Positions 24,500-37,074 of a stretch of 64,000 nucleotides of DNA are shown one piece after another. The notes below the pieces were generated by a model that was given only the letters and a program-made list of their open reading frames with translations, did no database searches and was not told the DNA's origin. Location: the NCBI GenBank assembly GCA_002269645.1, contig NIVC01000930.1, positions 124,001 to 188,000 on the forward strand, written 5' to 3'. The DNA comes from Macrostomum lignano (lineage: Eukaryota). Position 1 is the stretch's first letter, and each line of letters starts with the position of its first letter. The translations under genes were made by a program, and so were the position numbers.

Positions 24500-24690
24500 T
24501 GTGTGAGGTTTCATTGTCGCTCAGGCAGTGAAAGCGCCAAGCACTTTATCTGCCACTGCCCGAGCTTCACCAGGGCCAGGCTCACTTACCTCGGGCCAAA
24601 CCCGGCTCTCTTCGACGTTTGCAGACCCGAGAGAACCCGGCTGCTCGTTCGGTACGTCAGTGACACGGGACGAACAAAATTCTTCCCCAC
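24500..24690 (+). mobile_element. Degenerate 3' fragment of a non-LTR retrotransposon (C-terminal CCHC zinc knuckle)
   Basis: CRSGSESAKHFICHCPSFTRARLTYLG matches the C..C...E...H....CP.....R pattern at the end of LINE RT ORFs. Confidence 0.6.
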
Positions 24691-24871
24691 AGCGAGACCG
24701 ACGGGTCCCCCTGAGCGACATCACTTCGATGGAAATAGGCGGTCCTCTCCGCCTCCTCGCCAAACCTGCCAGTCGATGCGCCCCCGCAGCCGAGTCAAGG
24801 GGTGTCACCATAGACAAATCTGGTCGAGAAAAACCCGCGTTGCTATAGAACCTTTGTTTAGCGATGCTGTT

Positions 24872-26051
24872 CAGGGGTGTCGCCACCGGCAACATGTCTC
24901 CCCCCAGAAAAAGCTATGGGGGGCATGCCAATACTTTTTCCCCCACCCCACCTTGTGACCCAATTTGGAAATCAATAATTTTGCTGCAGGGCGAAAAAAC
25001 ATAGTGCCTGCGGCACCTAAATGAGTGCCTGCGGCGCCTAAATGAGTGCCTGCAGCGCCTAAATGAGTGCCTGCGGTACCTAAATGAGTGCCTGCGGTAC
25101 CTAAATGAGTGCCTGCGGCGCCTAAATGAGTGCCTGCGGCGCCTAAATGAGTGCCTGCGGCGCTAAAACAAGTGCCTGCGGCGCCTAAATGAGTGCCTGC
25201 GGCGCCTAAATGAGTGTCTGCGGTACCTAAATGAGTGCCTGCGGTACATAAATGAGTGTCTGCGGTACCTAAATGAGTGCCTGCGGTACCTAAATGAGTG
25301 CCTGCGGCGCCTAAATGAGTGTCTGCGGTACCTAAATGAGTGTCTGCGGTACCTAAATGAGTGTCTGCGGTACCTAAATGAGGGCCTGCGGCGCCTAAAT
25401 GAGTGTCTGCGGTACCTAAATGAGTGCCTGCGGCGCCTAAATGAGTGCCTGCGGTACCTAAATGAGTGCCTGCGGTACCTAAATGAGTGCCTGCGGCGCT
25501 AAAATGAGTGCTGCGGCGCTAAAATGAGTGTCTGCGGCGCTAAAATGAGTGTCTGCGGCGCTAAAATGAGTGTCTGCGGCGCTAAAATGAGTGTCTGCGG
25601 CGCTAAAATGAGTGCCAGCGGCGCTAAAATGAGTGTCTGCGGTACCTAAATGAGTGCCTGCGGTACCTAAATGAGTGCCTGCGGCGCCTAAATGAGTGTC
25701 TGCGGTACCTAAATGAGTGTCTGTGGTACCTAAATGAGTGCCTGCGGCGCTAAAATGAGTGTCTGCGGCGCTAAAATGAGTGTCTGCGGTACCTAAATGA
25801 GTGCCTGCGGCGCTAAAATGAGTGTCTGCGGTACCTAAATGAGTGTCTGCGGTACCTAAATGAGTGTCTGCGGTACCTAAATGAGTGTCTGCGGTACCTA
25901 AATGAGTGTCTGCGGTACCTAAATGAGTGTCTGCGGTACCTAAATGAGTGTCTGCGGTACCTAAATGAGTGTCTGCGGTACCAAAACGAGTGTCTGCGGC
26001 GCTAAAATGAATGCCTGGTAAAAAATTTTTACCTAGAGGTGGCGATGCCTG
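24872..26051. mobile_element. Non-autonomous element carrying a 21-bp minisatellite (AAATGAGTGCCTGCGGCGCCT), copy 1
   Basis: Array ~25010-26010, period 21. Imperfect terminal IR CAGGGGTGTCGCCACC / GGTGGCGATGCCTG. The leader (gctatggggggcatgccaat...ccccaccttgt...ggaaatcaa) is shared with 55125-55260. Confidence 0.65.
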
Positions 26052-26197
26052 GCAAAACAGCCAGTTCCCGAGAGGGTCACGGTTTCCGCTTCGATGTAGC
26101 TGCGGTTGAGTCCCAGCAGGACCCTGCGGAGGGCGGGGGAAGGACAGGGGACGGTCACGCGGGATTGCCGGCAGTCTGGGGGGGGGGAGGGGTTAGT

Positions 26198-28116
26198 CAT
26201 AGAATTCTAGATAACTAACTGGAAGAGAAGGCTCACTTTTTCGTGGGTCGAAAGCGGACACAACCGGGCCGAGTCATTTTAGCTTGTTTAAACGGCCTGC
26301 CTTTCCCTATCTCAGTCCCACTGACTAAGCGGGGTTTGAGGTGGGCAGGCTCTTCACAAGGCTTGGAAGTTTTTTGTCCTAGACAGGAGAAAAACCCTTC
26401 GGAGGGGAAGGAAGATCCCCGGTAAATCAGTGCTGTTTCTTTGTCTGTGATGCACACGGGGTAACAGGCCCCCCACTTGAAAGCTGAACGCATGCACATT
26501 GGGTGTACATTTGCTCGCATGCTTTTGAGGATGCCTTCTCCACTTCACCCTAAATGAAAAATTTATAAAGATTCGATATGATGCATGCTATATCAGAGAC
26601 TATAGTCAGAGAAAAAGAATTGTTTATAAATACGCAGCTTACAACTACAGGTCTGGATCTGGATATGCAACTACAATAAAAATCCAGCGGTTCAATCTTC
26701 AGGAGCAGAAAGCAGAATATTTTCTCATGTGCTTCCTTTGCATGATTTTCAACTATTTGAAGAGTGGTCGCAACGAATTCGAAGGGTAAACTACCAACCC
26801 AGGACAGAATCTCAACTGTGCTCGTTGCACTTTATTGCCACCGATTTTCACACAACGTCACAATATTCTTAGTGAGCGCAGGAGAAACAGCGACACTCTG
26901 AATAAGGAATGATGGTGTGCCGGTGTGCCTCCATACAACAACAAAATGCGCTGTCAGCCATTCCAGCGAGTCATGGTCATGAGAGACAAGGACAACGTCG
27001 CACGTTTCAGGGCCTGGGCGCGAACCGCCGGCCGCACCGCCGGCAGAGTCCGGGGCGCCGGCATTAGCCGGCAAGAAGTCGACGAAACACAGACTGCGTG
27101 CCTGTCCCCGCCGGTAGGGTGCCTGCAGCGACAGCAGCAGCACTTCCTGCACCGGCTGTGGACTTTAGGACTCGGCTCGGATGATGTGGCCAGCTGGAGT
27201 CGTGGACGGCGCAAAAGTTTGCTGGGAAGGGACAGGCCAGTGCGGCGATATAGCCCGCATTGGTGACGTGCTCGCAGCCGATCTTAAAGACAGGCCAGCG
27301 TGCGCCGCATTGACCTGCTGTTCGAGCGAATCCGTCAGTGTCCAGGTCTCGGTGTTGTACAACAGGACGGTCTCGATCACCGCCTTGAACAACGCCGCCC
27401 TCTGGCGGTCAGGCAGGGCCTCGGACTGCAGGACAGCCCTCACGAAACGGAAGGCAACCCAAGCAAGTCCACGGCGACGTGCTAGGTCCTCTGGAACATC
27501 AAGCACCATGGTCTGCAGACCGCCGAGGCAGACGAACTGCTGACAGTGCGGAAGCTTCGACACCTGCCTGTCAGCGTCTCGGTATTCGAAGCACGACGGT
27601 CTTCTGCGTGTTGACCCCCAGGCCGACGCTCGCAGCAACGCTCACAAGCTGGTCCAGCTGGCGCTGGGCGCGTTCGACGGTCGGCAGGAAGAGACTCGAC
27701 GAAATCGTCGAGTTTGACCGCGATGCATCAGGTGAAATCGATCGCCGGAAAGTACCGCGATGCAGTGGCGATGGTACCGCGATGCATCTTCTTCATAGAT
27801 TAGATTAAGCAGCTAATTTATGTTCATACTGTGATTTTTTACTGATCCTATGTGTTTACTTTGCGGCTTTGCAAAAATATTAGTTTTGTTAAGATATGTC
27901 ACAAATACCTTTAGAAACTCTTAATAAGCACTGACTTGTTAATTAAAAAAATAAACTTAAAGAATTAAATATTACTCTTAATAACAGCAGCCAATTATTA
28001 GTGAAAACATTAGTGTTGAATAAGGCAGCCAGAAAACATGCAGGCTCCCACTCGGCCCGGTTGTGTCCGCCCCCCAAAAAAGCCTTCGCTTCCAGTTAGT
28101 TATCTAGAATTCTATG
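26198..28116. mobile_element. P-element-like non-autonomous DNA transposon (1.9 kb)
   Basis: TIR CATAGAATTCTAGATAACTAACTGGAAG (28 bp perfect, extending imperfectly to ~75 bp including GCGGACACAACCGGGCCGAGT). A 7-bp TSD GGTTAGT flanks it (26191-26197, 28117-28123). CA...TG termini with a 7-8 bp TSD fit the P superfamily. Confidence 0.78.
27165..27640 (-). mobile_element. RTE-clade LINE reverse-transcriptase C-terminal fragment, inside the P-like element
   Basis: LARRRGLAWVAF...QRAALFKAVIETVLLYNTETWTLT is the typical RTE post-RT motif (VLLYGSETWTL); truncated and frameshifted. Confidence 0.8.
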
Positions 28117-28581
28117 GGTTAGTCCACCTCTCCGAATGGTTGGCCATGCACCAACAGCCCTACACTATATGACTCTTTCTACAAAATTTTCGGCATCGAC
28201 CCAGTTACCAACCGAGTGAGCGAGTGAGTCATTATATTGTCGATCTAGCAATACAGCAAGAAATCTTAATTATATATACAGACACAGCTTAATTGCACTT
28301 TTCAATTTTAATAAGCAATGGCGCGGGTAGTATAGAATGAGAGCGAAAATTGCCTTTTTTAATTGCAACAAATTTGTCCACTCCGAACCAGAGTGGTTTG
28401 GGGGAGCCTTGTTGATCGGAGCGCGAGAGCTGTGGTGCTCCAGTTTCAAGCCGTCTGCCGCTGACGCCAGCGAGGGGCTGCTGACGCACTGGAAGGGAGG
28501 CTGGCTGGGCTGGGAGGGAGCCAAACGGGACCAAGCGACAGCAATTGACCTGCTGCAGCCCTGAACTTGATCGGAAAACAG

Positions 28582-29125
28582 GTGTGGGGTAACTGCAGCT
28601 GTCTGTTCAGTGTGTGGGGTAACTGCAGCTGACTGCTCAGGGTGTGGGGTAACTGCAGCTGTCTGTTCAGGGTGTGGGGTAACTGCAGCTGACTGCTCAG
28701 GGTGTGGGGTAACTGCAGCTGTCTGTTCAGGGTGTGGGGTAACTGCAGCTGACTGCTCAGGGTGTGGGGTAACTGCAGCTGTCTGTTCAGGGTGTGGGGT
28801 AACTGCAGCTGACTGCTCAGGGTGTGGGGTAACTGCAGCTGTCTGTTCAGGGTGTGGGGTAACTGCAGCTGACTGCTCAGGGTGTGGGGTAACTGCAGCT
28901 GTCTGTTCAGGGTGTGGGGTAACTGCAGCTGACTGCTCAGGGTGTGGGGTAACTGCAGCTGTCTGTTCAGGGTGTGGGGTAACTGCAGCTGACTGCTCAG
29001 GATGTGGGGTAACTGCAGCTGTCTGTTCAGGGTGTGGGGTAACTGCAGCTGACTGTTCAGGATGTGGGGTAACTGCAGCTGTCTGTTCAGGGTGTGGGGT
29101 AACTGCAGCTGACTGTTCAGGGTGT
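28582..29125. repeat. 30-bp minisatellite organised as a 60-bp dimeric higher-order repeat
   Basis: GTGTGGGGTAACTGCAGCTG(AC/TC)TG(C/T)TCAGG variants alternate; consecutive 60-nt lines are identical. Confidence 0.96.
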
Positions 29126-29774
29126 TGTAAACGCGAATAGCAGGGCGCAGTTTAAAATGTTTTTCTTCTTTGATTCAGCATTTCCATTTTCGTTGTTAGA
29201 CTTTCGCTTTTTAGCAACGCATGTTATTGCTATTAATCAATAATTTCAAATGAAAAGGGTACAGGGACTACTCCAGCAATGTCTGCAGACTTGCCAGCAG
29301 TGAAAGTTTCAAAGTTCAAAAGCAGTCTATATAGTTTGCAATCTAGGTTTTTTTCAGAAGCAAAGTCGCATTGCCTAAAAAATACTCGCTGCATTTGAAT
29401 AATTATTTGGTTGAAAAAAAACTACAATTGAAACTAGAAATAAATTTTGTCAAACGCATTTTAACTGCGCATTAGGTATTTACTAATGGGGTCAACAATC
29501 TAGCCTATGTGAGCTGTGCTGTGTTAAATAATATGCTTAGCTTCGTATGCCAAATTTCTGACGTATGCCAAATATCTCACGAGTCACACATACAGGAGAC
29601 AGACTGGAGGTTTTTTGTTATTTATAACAGCAGGCACCAACACAACAGCAATAGAAATTATTGAATTTTTTTGTTATAATTAATTTCAGAAAATTGCGCA
29701 TTTTTATTTGGTTATACGAAAGTTGCTTTAAGAATGTTGTTCCTCGCAGATGCAGGAGTTCCAGGTTAAAACTG

Positions 29775-30725
29775 AAATCCGTCACTCCAGTTCATCCAGG
29801 GTCCTTCAGGATTCCGTCACTCCAGCTCATCCAGGGTCCTTCAGGATTCCGTCACTCCAGCTCATCCAGGGTCCTTCAGGATTCCGTCACTCCAGCTCAT
29901 CCAGGGTCCTTCAGGATTCCGTCACACCAGTTCATCCAGGGTCCTTCAGGATTCCGTCACTCCAGCTCATCCAGGGTCCTTCAGGATTCCGTCACTCCAG
30001 CTCATCCAGGGTCCTTCAGGATTCCGTCACTCCAGCTCATCCAGGGTCCTTCAGAATTCCGTCACTCCAGCTCATCCAGGGTCCTTCAAGATTCCGTCAC
30101 TCCAGCTCATCCAGGGTCCTTCAGGATTCCGTCACACCAGTTCATCCAGGGTCCTTCAGGATTCCGTCACTCCAGCTCATCCAGGGTCCTTCAGGATTCC
30201 GTCACTCCAGCTCATCCAGGGTCCTTCAGGATTCCGTCACTCCAGCTCATCCAGGGTCCTTCAGGATTCCGTCACTCCAGCTCATCCAGGGTCCTTCAGG
30301 ATTCCGTCACTCCAGCTCATCCAGGGTCCTTCAGGATTCCGTCACTCCAGCTCATCCAGGGTCCTTCAGAATTCCGTCACTCCAGCTCATCCAGGGTCCT
30401 TCAAGATTCCGTCACTCCAGCTCATCCAGGGTCCTTCAGGATTCCGTCACTCCAGCTCATCCAGGATCCTTCAAGATTCCGTCACTCCAGCTCATCCAGG
30501 GTCCTTCAGGATTCCGTCACTCCAGCTCATCCAGGGTCCTTCAGAATTCCGTCACTCCAGCTCATCCAGGGTCCTTCAAGATTCCGTCACTCCAGCTCAT
30601 CCAGGGTCCTTCAGGATTCCGTCACTCCAGCTCATCCAGGATCCTTCAAGATTCCGTCACTCCAGCTCATCCAGGGTCCTTCAGGATTCCGTCACTCCAC
30701 TCTCCAGTTCATCCAGGGTTCCTCA
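29775..30725. repeat. 35-bp minisatellite (ATTCCGTCACTCCAGCTCATCCAGGGTCCTTCAGG), ~27 copies
   Basis: Period 35 (29821, 29856). Confidence 0.96.
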
Positions 30726-31589
30726 GGATTTCTACACAGACTCATTCCAATGTCCAGTCTGCCCAGGTCCTTAGTACTTAAGGGGCTATAAAACCACCCA
30801 ATGACAAGGCGGTCTCATATTAGAGTCAATATCCAATATTGTTACATTCGACCACCCAATCTGCTCAACACCAGTCAGACAGACAGACTCTTTTTTGCCC
30901 AAACAATTTTTACAATGCGAGAATGACCAATTTTAGTAATAAAAAGCGAAGGAAAGGCGGGCCAGACGCTGGCAAAAGGTGTGAGAATTTTGTTTCTTTA
31001 TAGGGAAACTCATCTCTGACCATTCAGCGGATGAAGTGTGCATGTGAATGTCATAGGAAACCGTGAGGTACCTGATCCCATTATTCGCACGCAGACAGAT
31101 TTCTATATTATAGCAATAGGACAAGTTCCAGTGTGCGAGAACTTATCATTGAGTGACCTTAGCAATGGTGCCCTGTGTTCTTTCTTTGCCTCTTTTTTAC
31201 GATCCCATGGCCATTTTTTGGGAATCTTATAACACAACAAATCTCTGCGAGAATAAGGTTTGGAGCTTACACGGGAAATCTGAGAGTCTCTCGGAGACAC
31301 TTTATGATCCCCCGCTTTTGGCGGTAGAAAAGGAAACTTCTCCCCCCCGCCACCTACCCCCGACTGGACTGGAGGAGGGGAGGGGTGATGGAGCCGGAGT
31401 GTCTGGGAGAATTCCCAGGATCTCGGCACAGTCAGCGATATGAAATATTACATGTGCGGAGGCTGACGCTTGAGGGGCCCAAATGCATGGCCTCTCAACG
31501 CCTGTGCACCACACCAAGGAGATCAACGAATCAAAACCTGGAGTAACAGCACCGCCTTGAAAACATCCGAAGTATGAATTTGTCTCCGA

Positions 31590-32130
31590 AATTCTAATCT
31601 GAGATCCTGGGATCCCGATCGCGAAATCCTGAGATCCCGATCGCGAAATCCTGAGATCCCGATCCCGAAATCCTGAGATCCCGATCCCGAAATCCTGGGA
31701 TCCCGATCCCGAAATCTTGGGATCCCGATCCCGAAATCCTGGGATCCCGAAATCCTGGGATCCCGAAATCCTGAGATCCCGAAATCCTGGGATCCCGAAA
31801 TCCTGAGATCCCGATCCCGAAGTCCTGGGATCCCGATCCCGAAATCATGGGATCCCGATCCCGAAGTCCTGGGATCCCGAAATCCTGGGATCCCGAAATC
31901 CTGGGATCCCTATCCCGAAATCCTGTGATCCCGATCCCGAAATCCTGGGATCCCTATCCCGAAATCCTGGGGCCCCATCCCGAAATCCTGGGATCCCGAT
32001 CCCGAAGTCCTGGGATCCCGATCCCGAAATCCTGGGATCCCGATCCCGAAATCCTGGGATCCCGATTCCGAAATCCCGGGATCCTGATCCCGAAATCCTG
32101 GGATCCTGATCCCCATTCCGAAATCCTGAA
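31590..32130. repeat. 16/22-bp minisatellite (GATCCCGATCCCGAAATCCTGG)
   Basis: Direct reading. Confidence 0.92.
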
Positions 32131-32649
32131 AAAAGGTTAATTAGTCTGAAATTGGACTCGGGGGGAGGCAATCGCTATACCAGAATCTTGCTATAGCACT
32201 CTTTGGCCCTACTCCTCCAGACAGCCCATTAGCACAGATATAATAGCAGGCCACCTGGTTCTAATTGCGTGCAAAGAACAAACTCAATTCCAACTCAACA
32301 TGCGCACCTGCAATTCAATTCAAAGGGAAATATCAAGCAAGCAAAGAGAAGTTGGAAGAGGCGGCAATGTTGATGCAGTAGATTAATACAATGAAGACAT
32401 TAATGTACACTTAAAAATTGAATTGAGATTTTTATGTTGGGAGTTTTACGAGTTTTGAGCATAAAATTATTTTTATTTTTATTTGATTCATTTCACGTTC
32501 CTAAGATTTATTTTTTATGACAGCCTGTCTTACATAAGAATTCAGGTACAGAAATTCATATGGTGCCTCTATTCAAGCTCATTTATTGGATATATAAACT
32601 CCCACTGATCTAATCTCTAACTTACTAATAATTAGTCTCGTTGATCTAA

Positions 32650-33130
32650 TGAGTATGTAGTGTGATCTCTCACTGATCTAATCTCACACTGATCTAATCT
32701 CTCACTGATCTAATCTCTCACTGATCTAATCGCTCGCTGATCTAATCTCTCGCTGATCTAATTTCTCACTGATCTAATCTCTCACTGATCTCATCTCTCA
32801 CTAGTCTAATCTCTCACTGATCTAATCTCTCACTTATCTAATCGCTCGCTGATCTAATTTCTCGCAGATCTAATCTATCACTGATCTAATCTGTCACTGA
32901 TCTAATCTCTTACTGATCTAATCTCCCACTGATCTAATCTCTCACTGATCTAATCTCTCACTGATCTAATCTCTTGCTGATCTAATATCTCACTGATCTA
33001 ATCTGTCACTGATCTAATTTCTCGCAGATCTAATCTTTTCTGATCTAATCTCATACTGATCTGATCTCTCATTGATCTAATGAACCGGCTCTCGCAGAAC
33101 TATTTAATCTCTCAGATTGAGCTTTCGCAG
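32650..33130. repeat. 16-bp minisatellite (CTGATCTAATCTCTCA)
   Basis: Direct reading. Confidence 0.9.
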
Positions 33131-33664
33131 ATCTAATCTCTGAACTTTCTCAGATCTAATCTCTCAATGATTCAAGGCTTCAGAATCTGTGTTTATCTAA
33201 TCTAATCTATTATTAATCTACCAACTGTCGCTAATCTCTCTGTCAATAGTTATTGTCTAATCAATCACAATTAAAGTAAATTAATTAATTACCATACAAC
33301 AGGTATTCGCATTCCTTCTGTGCTGCGGCGATCCAGGCCGAGCTCCCTGATTGGCCAGAGCTACGGCCGCCCGGGGGGAGCGGAGTGAAAAGCCCGGTTG
33401 GCCCTGAGCTCCTCCCCTCTCCTCCCGACCACGACCTCCCGCCTCAAAGCTTCAATAAGACCCTTCCGAAATATCAGTTTTTTTACTAAAGTCTATTTCT
33501 CAGTTATATTCCGAAGGACAATTGTATGCGTGCAAACTAGCATACTCGATAGCTTTCTGCCAGTTTGAAATACCAATTTCTGCTTTTAATAAAACCATTC
33601 AAATAAGGTAAGAAGTTTCTTATTGTGCTTTTTTGCATTTGTGTATCTTTCATATATACGAACC

Positions 33665-34680
33665 CTGCATCCATCTCCATCTACCTCTCTCACACTCCTA
33701 TCCCCATCTTTATCTCCCCTCCCATTCGTATCCCCATCTCAATCTCCATCCCTCCATCTCAATCTCCATCCCTCCATCTCAATCTCCATCCCTCCATCTC
33801 AATCTCCATCCCTCAATCTCAATCTCCATCCCTCCATCTCAATCTCCATCCCTCCATCTCAATCTCCATCCCTCCATCTCAATCTCCATCCCTCCATCTC
33901 AATCTCCATCCCCCCATCTCAATCTCCATCCCCCATTTCTATCCCCATCTCAATCCCCATCCCTCCATCTCTATCCCCATCTCAATCTCCATCCCTCCAT
34001 CTCAATCTCCATCCCCCCATCTCTATCCCCATCTCAATCTCCATCCCTCCATCTCAATCTCCATCCCTCCATCTCAATCTCCATCCCTCCATCTCAATCC
34101 CCATCCCTCAATCTCAATCCCCATCCCTCAATCTCAATCTCCATCCCTCCATCTCAATCTCCATCCCCCATCTCTATCCCCATCTCAATCTCCATCCCTC
34201 CATCTCAATCTCCATCCCTCCATTTCAATCTCCATCCCTCCATCTCAATCCCCATCCCTCAATCTCAATCCCCATCCCTCAATCTCAATCTCCATCCCTC
34301 CATCTCAATCTCCATCCCTCCATCTCAATCTCCATCCCTCCATCTCAATCTCCATCCCTCCATCTCAATCTCCATCCCCCCATCTCAATCTCCATCTTTC
34401 CATCTCAATCTCCATCTCAATCTCCATCTCAATCTCCATCCCTCCATCTCAATCTCCATCCCTCCATCTCAATCTCCATCCCCCCATCTCAATCTCCATC
34501 CCTCCATCTCTATCCCCATCTCAATCTCCATCCCTCCATCTCAATCTCCATCCCTCCATCTCTATCTCCATCTCAATCTCCATCCCTCCATCTCAATCCC
34601 CATCTCAATCTCCATCCCTCTATCTCTATCTCCATCTCAATCCCCATCTCAATCTCCATCCCTCCATCTCAATCTCCCTC
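33665..34680. repeat. 20-bp pyrimidine-rich minisatellite (CTCCATCTCAATCTCCATCC)
   Basis: Direct reading; stop-free in three frames, so the long ORFs are spurious. Confidence 0.93.
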
Positions 34681-35317
34681 ACTCTCTGAAGGGCGCTTCA
34701 GTGGCTCTGATCTATTTCTCGTTTTAATGCTCCCACCACCACCTATAGCATACATGTATAGTCTAAAATGTTTTCCTCTCAGTCTCACGCCTCCTATGCA
34801 TTCCCAAATAGAATTACAGGTTCAGAGCTGCATCGCTACATATGCTTGCTACACTGGCCAAAAAAGTATCAGAAACTGACGCAAACCAAATAATTAACAG
34901 CTAGCAGACTTAAAAGCTCATAACAGAATTTAGCACTGCTCCGAAGGCTAAACCGATCGAGGTATTGTATTTCTCTCGGAATACAGTAGCACACAAACAC
35001 ACAGAATCCCCAGGAACTGTATACTTCATTTCCTCATTTGGGAAAAATATCCGTATACCCAACACTCTGCAGAGAGTGTGCGCTCTTCAGATGCAGTATG
35101 TTAATGAAATCTGATCCTTTTGTTCGAAGAAGTTGTGTCAGTGACTAATAACAGTATAATACTATACAACGGTTACGATATATAGAATTGCCACAATATT
35201 CTTCTTGATGCGGTGGGTTGAGTTTTATATATACATGTGAACCAACACTTTTACCCTGCGTGTGGGTGGCTGCTAGATTTATTATTTAGCTAAATTTGGT
35301 GCTGTGCTGTCTGTCAG

Positions 35318-36395
35318 GCTGTGGTGAAGTTTCGGGGGGGGTTGTGGTGAAGTTTCGGGGGGGGGGTTGTGGTGAAGTTTCGGGGGGTTGTGGTGAAGTT
35401 TCGGTGGGGATTGGAAGTTTCGGGGGGGGGTTGTGGTGAAGTTTCGGGGGGTTGTGGTGAAGTTTCGGGGGGGGGGGTTGTGGTGAAGTTTCGGTGGGGA
35501 TTGGAAGTTTCGGGGGATTGTGGTGAAGTTTCGGGGGGGGATTATGGTGAAGTTTCGGTGGGGGGGGTTGTGGTGAAGTTTCGGTGGGGATTGTGGTGAA
35601 GTTTCGGTGGGGGATTGTGGTGAAGTTTCGGTGGGGGTTGTGCTGAAGTTTCGGTGGGGGATTGTGGTGAAGTTTCGGGGGGTTGTGGTGAAGTTTCGGT
35701 GGGGGGTTGTGGTGAAGTTTCGGTGGGGATTGTGGTGAAGTTTCGGTGGGGATTGTGGTGAAGTTTCGGTGGGGGGTTGTGCTGAAGTTTCGGTGGGGGA
35801 TTGTGGTGAAGTTTCGGGGGGTTGTGGTGAAGTTTCGGTGGGGGGGGGGTTGTGGTGAAGTTTCGGTGGGGATTGTGCTGAAGTTTCGGTGGGGGATTGT
35901 GGTGAAGTTTCGGGGGGTTGTGGTGAAGTTTCGGTGGGGGGGGGTTGTGGTGAAGTTTCGGTGGGGGATTGTGCTGAAGTTTCGGGGGGATTGTGGTGAA
36001 GTTTCGGTGGGGGTTGTGCTGAAGTTTCGGTGGGGGATTGTGGTGAAGTTTCGGGGGGTTGTGGTGAAGTTTCGGTGGGGGGGGTTGTGGTGAAGTTTCG
36101 GTGGGGATTGTGGTGAAGTTTCGGTGGGGGATTGTGCTGAAGTTTCGGTGGGGGATTGTGGTGAAGTTTCGGGGGTTGTGGTGAAGTTTCGGGGGTTGTG
36201 GTGAAGTTTCGGTGGGGATTGTGGTGAAGTTTCGGGGGGGATTGTGGTGAAGTTTCGGGGGGGATTGTGGTGAAGTTTCGGGGGGGGGGTTGTGGTGAAG
36301 TTTCGGGGGGATTGTGGTGAAGTTTCAGGGGGGGATTGTGGTGAAGTTTCGTGGGGGATTGTGGTGAAGTTTCGGTGGGGGGTTGTGCTGAAGTT
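35318..36395. repeat. G-rich minisatellite (TTGTGGTGAAGTTTCGG + variable G run)
   Basis: Direct reading; G-run length varies between units. Confidence 0.93.
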
Positions 36396-37074
36396 GCAAA
36401 ACTTAAGCTTATAGTTTAGCCTGCAGAAGTGGCCACTTCTCACTGTGGTAGGTTTGTCTTAATTCTACAATTTAAAAACGGTTATAAAGTCGGACATCCC
36501 GTTTGAAGCGCCCCCACGCCTCCTACAGGCCACGCAATTTTTAGGGGCACCTGCAATTTTCCAAAGAATCCAACTTTGAAATCGCAGCGGGTTTATAGCC
36601 ACCTCCTAATATAAAAAAACAGCTAGATAGATATATTGGAAATTGGCTGAGTGACTGAGTGTGAGTCGGCATTATACTCGTAAAATGACGAATGCATTGC
36701 TCAAGTTGACTCTGGCCCAGATACCGGCTACACTCTCTCTTTCATTCGGTTTCTTCGTATTGGCAAAATTTGAATTATGAGGCTTCAAAGCGGCTCTCTT
36801 GCAGTACGAAAACCCAAGGCGTCGCAAAAATCACGATCCCAAAAAGCTGCCCCCATGAAACTAGACAATAAATTTTAACTGTTTCTCGTGACTGCTCAGG
36901 GCTCACGTGGCCCGTGCGGTGGAATAGCAAATCGCTTCACTATAGGCAGACGAACTTGCGAAACATTGAGGATTTTGACTATTCAGAACTTCTCTCTTTT
37001 CTCTCTTTTGGGAATTTAGTCTTTTGAAATAACTGATTTTTCTCGTTATATGAATCCTTTCCTTAAATCTCACG

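Noticed and set aside
35240-35280. Helitron-like 3' end (ACCC...GGGT hairpin then CTAG)
   Set aside because: The hairpin is only 4 bp and no matching 5' end or second copy was found.
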